From a virus: DNA of 64,000 nucleotides. The notes below the pieces were generated by a model. The model was not told the origin of the DNA and ran no database searches. It saw only the letters and a list, made by a program, of their open reading frames with translations. Shown in pieces: positions 20,576-30,938 of this stretch. The stretch is from positions 32,001 to 96,000 of the IMG/VR virus record IMGVR_UViG_3300008107_000017; one strand, written 5' to 3'. The translations under genes were made by a program, and so were the position numbers. The stretch's first letter is position 1; each line of letters starts with the position of its first letter.

Positions 20576-22534
20576 ATGGCCGTTATAGGAACAACAACAA
20601 ATGAAAATGGCGATGCTATTTTAATAAGTCTTCAAGAGCCTTACAAGAATGTTGTTGAGGTATTAAGTTATAGTGATCAAACCGAAGGTGAATCTACATC
20701 AGTTTATTTTAGTAAATCTTTTAGATGGGGTATTGATGGAGTTACCTATTCTGATTGGATCTCATTAACTAATGCGAATCTAGACGGTTTGTTACTCAAT
20801 CCGATTAATCCATTTTGGGTGCAGTATAAGTATGAACAGGTGGGCGATGGCACACTAGAATTTAAGTCTATATCACTCGAAATAGTTACAGATGGTGGAA
20901 TGATTTGTAAAATTCCACAAATTAATTGTTGTGATAGCGGTTCATTATCAGGTGCGCAAAACCTTGTTATTGATTGCTGTGGTTCATCCTGGAACCCGTA
21001 TGATTTGTCCAGGGCATCACAGATGTATAACCAACTTTCTGCTGTTGCATCAAATTTATTTGGTTTTTGTGTTAAGTACTTTAAGACTGCTGCAGATCAA
21101 AGAAGTAAAGATGTTATCCTAAAAGAATATTCTTTATTTAATGTTATCTCAACTGCAGAAGTTAAGATAATGTTTCCTGATAACCAATTACCAACAAGGG
21201 ACATTCAGTATAATCCTCTTATGATGGATTTTCCTGTACAGTTTGAGGTGCATATTGTTAAATCAGCATTTGAACAAGTATTTGGTGTTGGTGCAAGACC
21301 ACAGATGAGAGACTATTTGTATTTTGAACAATATATGAACAGAATGTATGAAGTTGATGCTGTTACTGAAGCGGATGACTTTTTATATACCGGATCATAT
21401 TGGAGAGTAAGTCTTGTACCTTATCAACAAAGAACGGCTGTTCTCTATCCTAATAAAAACATTGAAGCTGAAAAGAATGCATTGGTAAGTGACCTTGAAT
21501 CTAAGTTTGGTGAAGAGGCTAATAAAGAATACGATGATGTAAGAAAGCCTAATCAATATAACACTATAGGTACTTTATCAAATGATTATGTTAGAAGAAT
21601 ACTTGATAAGAGACTTTTAATTAAAGAGGAGAATGTTTATAATAACTGGACTATTATTTCCAAATATCACTATCAGTTGTCCTCAATGGAAACAGGCATA
21701 GAAGGTGTTGAGTACAGATATAATAAAGGATGGAAAGAAACCGATGATAGAGCATTTACTTTTTGGGTAAGACCAAAATACACAAATCCTATTGGGATAA
21801 ATGTGGCAATCACAGGCATAACTAATAGCGGAGGAAAGGTAAAACTTAATACTTCAGGTTTACCTACCCTGTCACAAACCCTCTCTGTTGGAAATTGGGT
21901 TAAGGTTGCTGGTACCGCATCATATAACGGTATTCATAAAATAACCGCAATAGGATCTACTAGTATTAATATTGATGTAGACTATATTGATAATACATTC
22001 CAAGGTACTCCTAGATTTAACAGAGAGGCAAGTAATACCTTTATGGTTTATGAAACGTCTCTTTTACCACCTGCTCAACTTGTAGAATTCACATACACAC
22101 CAAATTGGTTTATAGTAAAGTTGGATGGTAACTATTTTAAGTATAATTTACAATCACAAGGTCTATCTCTTATTGAGAATAATTGGTATGCATTCGTAAT
22201 TAATCTTAATTCTATTGCAAAACAATTAAGCCTGTTTGGATATGAAACTCTTGATAAAACAGGTGCAATTAATCCAAAAAATAGCGCTCAATTAACAAAG
22301 ATATTTTCTGAGACCAAATTGTATACACCGATTGAAATACCAGATTTTAATTCATGGAAACTATTAGGGTGTAAAACAGACCTAACTAACCTTCGTATTT
22401 GGAGTAAACCTATTGAAGAAGAATTACAGGAATTGATATTATCACAATATGTAGTAAAAGATACTCATTTAACTTTACTACTGGATAATGCTGCACCACA
22501 ACTATTACTACAGAAAGAAACCAATCCTAGATAA
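20576..22534 (+). CDS. Neck protein (gp14-like core) with beta-rich/LamG-like extensions
   Basis: FGFCVKYF...DVILKEY...EVHIVKSAFE...RPQMRDYLYF...MYEV resembles gp14; C-terminal FTFWVRP and LRIW. Confidence 0.55.
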   Translation: MAVIGTTTNENGDAILISLQEPYKNVVEVLSYSDQTEGESTSVYFSKSFRWGIDGVTYSDWISLTNANLDGLLLNPINPFWVQYKYEQVGDGTLEFKSISLEIVTDGGMICKIPQINCCDSGSLSGAQNLVIDCCGSSWNPYDLSRASQMYNQLSAVASNLFGFCVKYFKTAADQRSKDVILKEYSLFNVISTAEVKIMFPDNQLPTRDIQYNPLMMDFPVQFEVHIVKSAFEQVFGVGARPQMRDYLYFEQYMNRMYEVDAVTEADDFLYTGSYWRVSLVPYQQRTAVLYPNKNIEAEKNALVSDLESKFGEEANKEYDDVRKPNQYNTIGTLSNDYVRRILDKRLLIKEENVYNNWTIISKYHYQLSSMETGIEGVEYRYNKGWKETDDRAFTFWVRPKYTNPIGINVAITGITNSGGKVKLNTSGLPTLSQTLSVGNWVKVAGTASYNGIHKITAIGSTSINIDVDYIDNTFQGTPRFNREASNTFMVYETSLLPPAQLVEFTYTPNWFIVKLDGNYFKYNLQSQGLSLIENNWYAFVINLNSIAKQLSLFGYETLDKTGAINPKNSAQLTKIFSETKLYTPIEIPDFNSWKLLGCKTDLTNLRIWSKPIEEELQELILSQYVVKDTHLTLLLDNAAPQLLLQKETNPR

Positions 22535-22564
22535 GCTAGAATATATAATCTAAATTAAGGATTA

Positions 22565-23182
22565 ATGAAAGAAGATTCTAAACATAAATTTAGAGATAGC
22601 CTTGGAGACTTATTAAATGATTTACCTGATGAGGTACCTGGTTTAGAAGATACCCCACAATTACCAAAGGTTAGAGCAGAAGGAACACAAGCTGTTGCAT
22701 TACAAACCGCAAAGAATAAGGCCCAGCGGGTTATGAATAATCTTCTTAAGTTCTATTTAAGTGAAGAGATTATTGAGGAGCATGAATACATTAAGGTTAA
22801 AGCAGAGCTAGATGAATATGCATTAGGTATGCTTATTCGCCAAATGCAAAATAGTGAAACTGCAATTTCAACATTAATGGATACTATTAATGAAGGTGAC
22901 GTTTCGCCTAGAATGTTTGAAGTACTTAGCGACCTACAGAGAACACTTTTAGATATCATTAAAAGTCAAACCATGTATATGGTTGCAATTGAAGAGAATG
23001 CTAAAAAGCTTTCCAGGGATATTGATGTTTATCATGGGGGTGCTAATACTGATACTGCTCAAAAGAAATCCGGTAACACTGGTGTTAAGGCAAGAGGAAC
23101 TAAGGATCTTATGAGAGCCTTACAAGATAGTATTAACGAAGAAGATATACAAGATGTCGATGCAGATCAAACTGAAGAATAA
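22565..23182 (+). CDS. Possible terminase small subunit
   Basis: Helical, SPRMFEVL motif (gp16-like PRxxEV), upstream of terL. Confidence 0.5.
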   Translation: MKEDSKHKFRDSLGDLLNDLPDEVPGLEDTPQLPKVRAEGTQAVALQTAKNKAQRVMNNLLKFYLSEEIIEEHEYIKVKAELDEYALGMLIRQMQNSETAISTLMDTINEGDVSPRMFEVLSDLQRTLLDIIKSQTMYMVAIEENAKKLSRDIDVYHGGANTDTAQKKSGNTGVKARGTKDLMRALQDSINEEDIQDVDADQTEE

Positions 23183-23426
23183 CTATGTTCTTACAAAAGA
23201 GATCATAGAAGAAAAAGTAACCGAAGGTGGAATTATACTTCCAACCGAAAAGTATAATCGTAAATGTATTGTAATTAAGTCCTCATCCGAAGATGTTAGA
23301 GATGGGCATACAATCATAAAAACAATTGGTAAGGGTACGATTTTTAATATAGACGGAGAAGAATACGAAGCTCTACATGAAAATCATATCTTAGCTATAA
23401 TAGAAGAAGATGGCACAGAAACCTAG
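23154..23426 (+). CDS. GroES-like co-chaperonin
   Basis: EEKVTEGGIILP mobile loop and DGEEY...ENHILAII. Confidence 0.8.
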   Translation: MSMQIKLKNNYVLTKEIIEEKVTEGGIILPTEKYNRKCIVIKSSSEDVRDGHTIIKTIGKGTIFNIDGEEYEALHENHILAIIEEDGTET

Positions 23427-25227
23427 AGCAGAAAGCGCAGGATTTGAGTTTAAGATTGGCGCTGCAGAAGAATCCTTTTCATGGACATCAGAAAAGGTTG
23501 AACAACTTATGCTTGCATTAGAGGAAGGGTATAAACCTAAAGCAACTCCTTTCTATGAAGGTAATTCTAATCTTAGGAAGGGAAACATAGTTTTTAATTA
23601 TACACCGCATGAGATTAGAGAAATAAAGAAATGCGCAACTGATATTGTTTATTTTGCAAATACTTATTGTACCGTAATGACCGATCATGGTCTTCAGACA
23701 ATTAAGTTAAGAGGATATCAGGAAGAGATGTTAAGACAATTTCAAAAGGAAAGATTTAATTGTTGTTTAGCATCTCGTCAGATTGGTAAAACAATTTGCT
23801 CATCAATTTTTATTGCATGGTACTCTTTATTTAATTTTGATAAGAATTCTCTTGTACTTTCAAACAAAGGGGCTACCACTCGTGAAATTATTGATAAAGG
23901 AAAAACGATTCTTGAACACTTACCGTTTTTCTTAAAGCCTGGTGTTATTAAATGGGATGTATTTAATTCCAAGTTTGATAATGGCTGTCGTATTATTGGT
24001 CAAACCACTACAAAGAAAGCCGCAATTGGTTTTACAATTCACTTACTGTTTATGGATGAGTTCGCTCACATCCCACAGAACTTCGTGGAAACATTTTATG
24101 AAAACGTTTATCCTACTGTATCTGCTTCTTCAAATTCAAAGGTAATTATTACAAGTACACCGAACGGATTTAATAAGTTTTATGATATTTACTCATCTGC
24201 AGAAAAAGGATTAAATGAATATTCACCGTTTAGGGTTGACTGGTGGGATGTTCCTGGTAGAGACGAGGCATGGATGAGGCAAGAAGTTGCTAACCTTGGT
24301 TCAGAGGAGGCTTTTAATAGACAATACGGAAATCAGTTTATAGCAAGTTCTTCTCTCTTATTAGGCGCAGATAGTCTTAAAAAGCTTCAACAAAACCAAA
24401 AAGAATTTATTCATAAAGAGATTCCTGAATTTGAGGATGAGAACATTGAGTATGCAGGCTTATTATGGGATCCTGATTTTAATCTTGATGAAATTGAAGA
24501 AGATACAAATTATTGGGTCTTTTCAATTGATATTGCAGAAGGAAATGGTGGTGACTATTCAATTATAAATATCTTTAAGATTGAAATCATGGATGAGCAG
24601 GACTGGAAAAAGATAACCTCGCCTGGGTCGTTTGTAGACTTTTTTAGACTTAGACAAATAGGAAGATTTAGAAGTAATGAACATACTATAGAAGAATTTG
24701 CAAAAGCTGTTTATATTTTATCATTTGATATGTTTCATTCAGAAAACGTAAAACTAATAATCGAGTGGAATATGTTTGGCGGTGAATTAATTAAGAGACT
24801 GGAAACTGTCTTTCCACAGAGAAATGAATTTGATGAAGAAATGGTTGTTAAGTTTAAACATCGTATTGATGCAAGAACTAAAAACTTTGGTCTTAAAATC
24901 AAAAAAGATAATAAACCTATCTTTTGTCAAAACTTTAAGAAATATATAACCCAGAATAGAATTGTAATTAAAGATAAGAAAACTGTGTATGAAGCCTCTA
25001 CGTTTGGAAAGATGCCTAATGGAACATATGCAGGACAATTAGGTCATGACGATCTTATAATGACCAGCATAAATAGTTCAGAATTTTTCTTTACTTTAGA
25101 CTTTTCCGACTTTGTTGAAGAGATTTATGATACCGTAGAAGAATCTCTACAAACTAAGATTGATGAGATCTTAGAAAAGGATTCTAAGGGAGGAAATCTC
25201 AATTACGATATTTATGATCTTGTGTAG
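23410..25227 (+). CDS. gp17: Terminase large subunit
   Basis: LRGYQ, ASRQIGKT, LFMDEFAH, ITSTPNG, DIAEG and HDDLIM. Confidence 0.95.
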   Translation: MAQKPRAESAGFEFKIGAAEESFSWTSEKVEQLMLALEEGYKPKATPFYEGNSNLRKGNIVFNYTPHEIREIKKCATDIVYFANTYCTVMTDHGLQTIKLRGYQEEMLRQFQKERFNCCLASRQIGKTICSSIFIAWYSLFNFDKNSLVLSNKGATTREIIDKGKTILEHLPFFLKPGVIKWDVFNSKFDNGCRIIGQTTTKKAAIGFTIHLLFMDEFAHIPQNFVETFYENVYPTVSASSNSKVIITSTPNGFNKFYDIYSSAEKGLNEYSPFRVDWWDVPGRDEAWMRQEVANLGSEEAFNRQYGNQFIASSSLLLGADSLKKLQQNQKEFIHKEIPEFEDENIEYAGLLWDPDFNLDEIEEDTNYWVFSIDIAEGNGGDYSIINIFKIEIMDEQDWKKITSPGSFVDFFRLRQIGRFRSNEHTIEEFAKAVYILSFDMFHSENVKLIIEWNMFGGELIKRLETVFPQRNEFDEEMVVKFKHRIDARTKNFGLKIKKDNKPIFCQNFKKYITQNRIVIKDKKTVYEASTFGKMPNGTYAGQLGHDDLIMTSINSSEFFFTLDFSDFVEEIYDTVEESLQTKIDEILEKDSKGGNLNYDIYDLV

Positions 25228-25283
25228 AAAAGTGGCTATGCCGTGGATATATAAAAAAAGCAATAAAAAAAATATAATACAAG

Positions 25284-28200
25284 ATGGCACTAGATCCAAG
25301 AATCGCTTCTCTTAAAGCCGCAGGTACATACCGCTTCGAATTTGATAAGAGTCAAGTTGTTAGCATTCCTGCAAACCAAACAAGATTAATTGTTGGTTTT
25401 TCTAAGAAAGGTCCTTTTAATACCCCAGTTTTTGTACCGGATACTGCATTTTTTAAGCAAGTATTTGGAGATATTGACAGAAACCTCGAAAGAAAGGATT
25501 CATACTTTCATAGAAGCTGCTTAGCTGCATTAGAAAGAGGACCAATTTTAGCCCTTAACCTTTTAGCATTAGACTCAAACGACGATGTAGACTACATTAA
25601 GTTAGGTACTGCTGCTACACCGGAAGCTCAAAATAATGCAGGTGCTTCTGGAGAATATCAAAAATTTTACAACAGGGATAAATTCTTTTTCCCTGATAGT
25701 GATGCATTCCTAGATAACGTTGGAGCAAACAGAAATGTATTAAGCTCTCTAACTACTAATGATCTTTTAGATTTTGTTAACTTAGGTCAAAATCCAATAT
25801 CAATAATTGTTAGAAAAGCTGCAAACGATAATGTTGCAAGCTTTAATGTTACTGTTGAAGAATGGTACGGAACTGCAAATGTTCCTGGTTTCTTAGATAA
25901 AGACAGTTTAATCTCTGACTTTATGGTAGATGTATTTGTCATTGAAGGTAACTTTGGTGGAAACTTCGGTTCTGCTACACCTTATGACAGATTTACTGCC
26001 GATCCTACATTCCAACAATATTTTAATCCAACTAAAGGTATTGAGAGAAAGAAATTTGCATCTGACACAACCGATACTAAATTACAAGAATTCTTTAATG
26101 AATCAGAAGTAAACCTAATTGCAACTTACACTGCATGTTTAATTCCTGATTTTGTAGATTTACTTGGTAATAACTTATTCATTGAGAAATTAATCAATGC
26201 TGATACTGCTACAACCGGATTATTCTGCGCTGTGAATGAAGATCTCTTCAGTGGAGATTTTCTAATCGATGGTGTAAAAGGTGGTATTGACCTAATTGGA
26301 CATAACATCGAATATACTCAGGCTACTGGTATTCAGGATGATGTTAATTTCCTTTCATATAGCGAAGCAATTGTGGCTGACCTTCCTTATGCAAGAGCTG
26401 CACAAGGTGTAAACCTAGCAACTATTGCAACAGGTGACATAGTATCTGTTAATACTTTAACAGGAGGAAATATTCAGATCTCAGTAATTGGATCTGCGGG
26501 TAATCCTTTATATGATGCATTCGCAAGTATGTCTGCTAACTCTCCTACAACAGTAGGTTCTTACATTAAAGGTGCAATTAGCAATAAGTATGTTCCTGTA
26601 CTTTCTGTGAATGTTACCAATACCGTTGTTACTGTTGTTTTATCAGGAGTAGGTGGAATTGTATCTGGTGATTTTCCAACATCATTAGGAACTACATATA
26701 CTTATGTAAATGAAGAAGACTTAGGTTTTACCGTTCATGAATTTGAAACTTCAAATACTAATGCTAATATCATTGGTTCTTACGGAAGTGCTCTTTACAG
26801 TTCATTCTCTAACGGAACTCTTACTGATGGTGATGAAGCAGTATGGGAAATCTCTGGTAATGAATATACATCTTACCTAGTATTTAATGCTACTAGTTAC
26901 GGATTTATTCATACTGGTGTACCTGCTACTGTAAGTACTAAGTTTGCAATCTCTGACCCTGCATATTACATACCAGGTGTTAGAATAACTCCTTATCAAC
27001 AAGATACTTTTGTAAACGTTACTCCAAGATCTCAGTTTAATATGGATAGCGGTACAGGATACTTCTTAAATTCAAACGGAGGCTCTGTTGGATTAAACAC
27101 GTTAGATATCCAAACACTTAAAGGATCTCTTAATCGTTCAATCGATATTATATCAGATTCTTCAACTGAACCACTTCTTAAACCTAACCAGGTACTTATT
27201 GCATCAACTAACCCTGATGCTTCTACTGTGGTTGTAGGAAATTATCTTTTACATTTTGAAGGTAATGTTTCAGTACCTCACTCTAGATTAACTAGAATTA
27301 ATCAAGTTCAAGGTGGTAAAACGAATAATGAATTCCCTACTATCCCAGTAGGAACTACTGCATTACTTGTGACATGTCAATCTGAAATTAACGTTACTAC
27401 TGTAAATTCTATTAAGAAGGTTGAACTTTATTACCCAATTGATACTTGGGTTGATTACCTAAACATCTTTACTCTTGACGGATTTGTATTGGATGTTAAT
27501 AAACACGTACCTAACGGAACCAATGATCGTCAGAATGCTATTCTTAATGGAACATTAAGTGGAACAAATTTATTTAAAGCATTAACTGATAGAGAAACTA
27601 TTAACTTCCGTTACTTAATTGATACTTTTGGAAACGGTATTGAAAGTGGATCTAAGTCAATCTATACTAACTTATGTCAAACTAGAAAGAATGCATTTGC
27701 AATTATTAATGCACCTTCTGCAAAAGACTTTAAGGCTAACGTAGACCCTTCATTCGTGGATGCAACTGGAGCCTTATCATCTAGATTTATTTCTACAGGT
27801 GGTGATCTTTCTAAGAACCCAACAGTTAGATACTCATTGCCTGCATCTACTCAAGGTGGAAGCTGGGGTGGATTCTATTATCCTTTTATTACTGTAAGGG
27901 ATTTAGGAAAGAACATTAACGTTCCTCCTGCTGCTTATGTATCAAATAACTTTATTGCAAAGTATGAAAATGCATTACCTTGGTCTTTGGTTGCAGGTGT
28001 TCGTAGAGGTGTTGTAGGTGGAACTGGTGTGGTAGGATTAGAAATTAATCTTGACCTATCAGATAGAGAATACTTAGAACCATTTGGATTGAATCCAATC
28101 ATTTTCCAAAGTGGAACTGGTCCAACTATCTTTGCAAATAAAACTGCTCAACAAACTCCTAAATCTGCATTAAGTTCAATTAATGTGAGAGAGGTTGTTA

Positions 28201-28499
28201 TTTACATCCAGGATGGTATTGAGGCAATTCTTAAGAATTACTTATTTGAGTTCAATACTGCTCAAACAAGATTGGAAATTAAAACTCTTGCTGATAACTT
28301 CTTATCAACGGTCCAAAACGATGATGGTGTATATGACTTCAGAAACGTAATGGATGAAACTAATAATACGCCGGAAGTTATTGATCAAAATGTTGGTATC
28401 CTAGATACTTATATTGAACCAGTAAGAGGAATGGAAATTTTGGTTCAAAGAACCACTATTTTAAGAACTGGAGCAATTAGTTCAGGAAACTTCCAATAA
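25284..28499 (+). CDS. gp18: Tail sheath protein (1071 aa, with insertion domains)
   Basis: GFSKKGPFNTP, FYYP, PWSLVAGVRRG, LNPI, INVREV and FEFNT. Confidence 0.92.
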   Translation: MALDPRIASLKAAGTYRFEFDKSQVVSIPANQTRLIVGFSKKGPFNTPVFVPDTAFFKQVFGDIDRNLERKDSYFHRSCLAALERGPILALNLLALDSNDDVDYIKLGTAATPEAQNNAGASGEYQKFYNRDKFFFPDSDAFLDNVGANRNVLSSLTTNDLLDFVNLGQNPISIIVRKAANDNVASFNVTVEEWYGTANVPGFLDKDSLISDFMVDVFVIEGNFGGNFGSATPYDRFTADPTFQQYFNPTKGIERKKFASDTTDTKLQEFFNESEVNLIATYTACLIPDFVDLLGNNLFIEKLINADTATTGLFCAVNEDLFSGDFLIDGVKGGIDLIGHNIEYTQATGIQDDVNFLSYSEAIVADLPYARAAQGVNLATIATGDIVSVNTLTGGNIQISVIGSAGNPLYDAFASMSANSPTTVGSYIKGAISNKYVPVLSVNVTNTVVTVVLSGVGGIVSGDFPTSLGTTYTYVNEEDLGFTVHEFETSNTNANIIGSYGSALYSSFSNGTLTDGDEAVWEISGNEYTSYLVFNATSYGFIHTGVPATVSTKFAISDPAYYIPGVRITPYQQDTFVNVTPRSQFNMDSGTGYFLNSNGGSVGLNTLDIQTLKGSLNRSIDIISDSSTEPLLKPNQVLIASTNPDASTVVVGNYLLHFEGNVSVPHSRLTRINQVQGGKTNNEFPTIPVGTTALLVTCQSEINVTTVNSIKKVELYYPIDTWVDYLNIFTLDGFVLDVNKHVPNGTNDRQNAILNGTLSGTNLFKALTDRETINFRYLIDTFGNGIESGSKSIYTNLCQTRKNAFAIINAPSAKDFKANVDPSFVDATGALSSRFISTGGDLSKNPTVRYSLPASTQGGSWGGFYYPFITVRDLGKNINVPPAAYVSNNFIAKYENALPWSLVAGVRRGVVGGTGVVGLEINLDLSDREYLEPFGLNPIIFQSGTGPTIFANKTAQQTPKSALSSINVREVVIYIQDGIEAILKNYLFEFNTAQTRLEIKTLADNFLSTVQNDDGVYDFRNVMDETNNTPEVIDQNVGILDTYIEPVRGMEILVQRTTILRTGAISSGNFQ

Positions 28500-28539
28500 A
28501 AGAAATAAAGAAAGAATAAATAAAAAAATAAGTTAAACT

Positions 28540-29103
28540 ATGCCATTACCACATTACACTCAATCAAGGGCAAGTAATAACAGATACGAACCTATTCAGC
28601 CTAACCTATTTGAGGTAACACTCTTTACCCCAAATGGTGATGATACTGGTTTGATCCTTGAACATGTTATATCTGTTGGAGGTTTAAATGCATTAAATCC
28701 TTCAGTAGATGCAATTGGTCAAAAATATAAATTTGCAGATCGTTCTTTTGCAGGTATGCCTGGTCAGACTTTCGTAGATCTTACTATCGCGTTTACACTG
28801 AATCTAAATGATGCAAATGAAAACTACATTTACAATACCATGAGAAACTGGTATAAATTAATCTACGATCCATTGACTGGTGAAATGGGATTAAAGAAAG
28901 ACTATGTAGGAAGCATGATCATTGTTCAATATAACCGTGCAGGGGATATCTTCAGAAAGATTACTTGTAAGGACATCTTCCCAACTGGTGCACCTGATTT
29001 TATTGATGCACTTGATTATGGAACAGCCGATGCTGCCCAGTTATCAATGACTTATCGTTGTGACCATTGGGTTGAAGAAAACGTTGGAGCTCCAAATAAC
29101 TAA
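28540..29103 (+). CDS. gp19: Tail tube protein
   Basis: PNLFEV...W...G..KDY...IFPT pattern; follows the sheath gene. Confidence 0.85.
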   Translation: MPLPHYTQSRASNNRYEPIQPNLFEVTLFTPNGDDTGLILEHVISVGGLNALNPSVDAIGQKYKFADRSFAGMPGQTFVDLTIAFTLNLNDANENYIYNTMRNWYKLIYDPLTGEMGLKKDYVGSMIIVQYNRAGDIFRKITCKDIFPTGAPDFIDALDYGTADAAQLSMTYRCDHWVEENVGAPNN

Positions 29104-29118
29104 ATCTAAACATTTAAC

Positions 29119-29146
29119 AAAAACTGGCCTTAGGGCCAGTTTTTTT
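29119..29146 (+). terminator. Intrinsic terminator
   Basis: AAAAACTGGCC-ttag-GGCCAGTTTTTTT. Confidence 0.85.
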
Positions 29147-29190
29147 GTCTTATCTCTAATATATAATATAGAATACATAATCTATAGATC

Positions 29191-29661
29191 ATGATTATAT
29201 TTAAAGTAGAAAATATATCCAATGGGAAAACCTATGTGGGATATGCAGTTAATGATAATCCTAATAATTTAGGTACCGGAAAATACATTAAGAGAGCCGT
29301 AAAGGATTTTGGCACAACATCCTTTAAGAGAGATGTGTTAGAAAGATTTGATGAAGAAGAATCTTTAGGTATTGTAATGGACCGGGTTGAATTTTGGATT
29401 AAAAAATTCAAATCTGACAATCCTAAATTTGGATATAATGAAAGCGTACAGGAAATGATTCCTCAAAAAAAGAAATTGACAAAAAAATTACAAGTTCTTT
29501 TAACACCTGAGGATGAAGATAACTTAAATACTATTATCATTCAAAAATCAATGGAATCTGGTATTAGGCCAATTCCTATCTCAAGATATGTTAGAAACAT
29601 TATTGTTGAACATATTGTAGAAGAAACTACACCAGAAAAACAATTAACAAAAAACAAATAA
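29191..29661 (+). CDS. Degenerate GIY-YIG domain with a C-terminal ribbon-helix-helix-like segment
   Basis: IIFKVEN...KTYVG...GYN and LQVLLT...ISRYVRNII. Confidence 0.55.
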   Translation: MIIFKVENISNGKTYVGYAVNDNPNNLGTGKYIKRAVKDFGTTSFKRDVLERFDEEESLGIVMDRVEFWIKKFKSDNPKFGYNESVQEMIPQKKKLTKKLQVLLTPEDEDNLNTIIIQKSMESGIRPIPISRYVRNIIVEHIVEETTPEKQLTKNK

Positions 29662-29662
29662 C

Positions 29663-30655
29663 ATGAGTAATCACGAAGAAAATATCAAAAAAGAGTTTGA
29701 AGCAGCAGAAGGCATTCAACCAGCAACAGTAGTTAATGATGGTAAAATTACAAATTTAGGTAAAGTTGATCCAACCAAAGGGATGGGACTTACTTCACCA
29801 GACGATCCTGAGATTAGAAGAATTCAGGAGTTAACCGGTTATATGAAGTTAGATTTAGGAAATCTTCCTTCTGCTGGTAAATTTTATCGTGAAGATTTTG
29901 AAATTCATATTAGAGCTGCAAGAGTTGGTGAGATTAGAGATTTCTCTACAATCGATGAAGAAAACATTAGAGACGTAGATGAAAAACTAAATTCTATTCT
30001 TGTAGGCTGTACTAAAATTATGTACGGTAACCAAAGAGGATCATATCGTGATATTCTTGAAGAAGACCGTATTTATGTTTTACTTTCAATCAGAGAGCTT
30101 ACATTCAAAAATGGTGAAGCTAAATTAATGATGCCAGTAGGTAAAAAGAAATGTACTTCAGGTTCATGTAAGTCACAGGATAGTGTAGAATTAAAAACAG
30201 CCAATCTTCAGTTTAATGAAGTAGATGATCTTATTGAAAAGTATTATGATTCTGTAAATAAATGCTACACTATTCCAACCAAAAGCCACGGTGAATTAGT
30301 ATTAGCACCACCTACAATTGGTGTTATGAGAGCTATTACTGATTGGGCAAGAAAGAGAGAGGAAGAAAATAAATCGTGGGATAAATCTTCTCTTGGTATA
30401 CTTCCTTATGTGCAAAGAGAATGGCGAGGATTTGATGAAAAGCAAATCTTCTCTGCTATGACATCATTCCAAGGATGGGATTCTGGTAAATATTCAATAA
30501 TTTTTAGATTGGTGGAAAAAATGAAAATAGGTATTAAGCCTGAATTTGTTTACCCATGTCAATCTTGTGGCGCGGAGGTCACAGTTCCGCTTTCCTTTCC
30601 CGGCGGAATCAAATCTCTGTTCATTATTCAAGATATCTCTTCTGAACTTCTATAA
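29663..30655 (+). CDS. Baseplate hub assembly / tail chaperone (gp26-like)
   Basis: LPSAGKFY, DRIYVLLSIRELT, PPTIG and C-terminal CQSCG. Confidence 0.7.
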   Translation: MSNHEENIKKEFEAAEGIQPATVVNDGKITNLGKVDPTKGMGLTSPDDPEIRRIQELTGYMKLDLGNLPSAGKFYREDFEIHIRAARVGEIRDFSTIDEENIRDVDEKLNSILVGCTKIMYGNQRGSYRDILEEDRIYVLLSIRELTFKNGEAKLMMPVGKKKCTSGSCKSQDSVELKTANLQFNEVDDLIEKYYDSVNKCYTIPTKSHGELVLAPPTIGVMRAITDWARKREEENKSWDKSSLGILPYVQREWRGFDEKQIFSAMTSFQGWDSGKYSIIFRLVEKMKIGIKPEFVYPCQSCGAEVTVPLSFPGGIKSLFIIQDISSELL

Positions 30656-30914
30656 GATCAGGGTATTACTTATGGAAAAATTGCATGTTCAGCCTACCGA
30701 GCTGGACATGCTTCCATATTATGAATTTGAGTATACTCTTGAAATCTATAATGACATCATTAAAGAACGTAATGATGAAGAAAAGAAACAAAATCAAGAT
30801 GCTGAAGATAAGTATAACATAGCTGGAATGCAGAAAAATGCTACCAATATGAATAAAAATATGTCTAGTTATAAGCAACCTTCTATGCCTAAGATAAGTA
30901 TGCCAAGATTCTAA
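30546..30914 (+). CDS. gp51-like small baseplate protein, possibly reached by frameshift from the gp26-like gene; first ATG at 30672
   Basis: SLLNFYKIRVLLM...TELDMLPYYEFE resembles T4-like gp51. Confidence 0.55.
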   Translation: MFTHVNLVARRSQFRFPFPAESNLCSLFKISLLNFYKIRVLLMEKLHVQPTELDMLPYYEFEYTLEIYNDIIKERNDEEKKQNQDAEDKYNIAGMQKNATNMNKNMSSYKQPSMPKISMPRF

Positions 30915-30938
30915 ATATATAAATAAAGACAAAAGATA

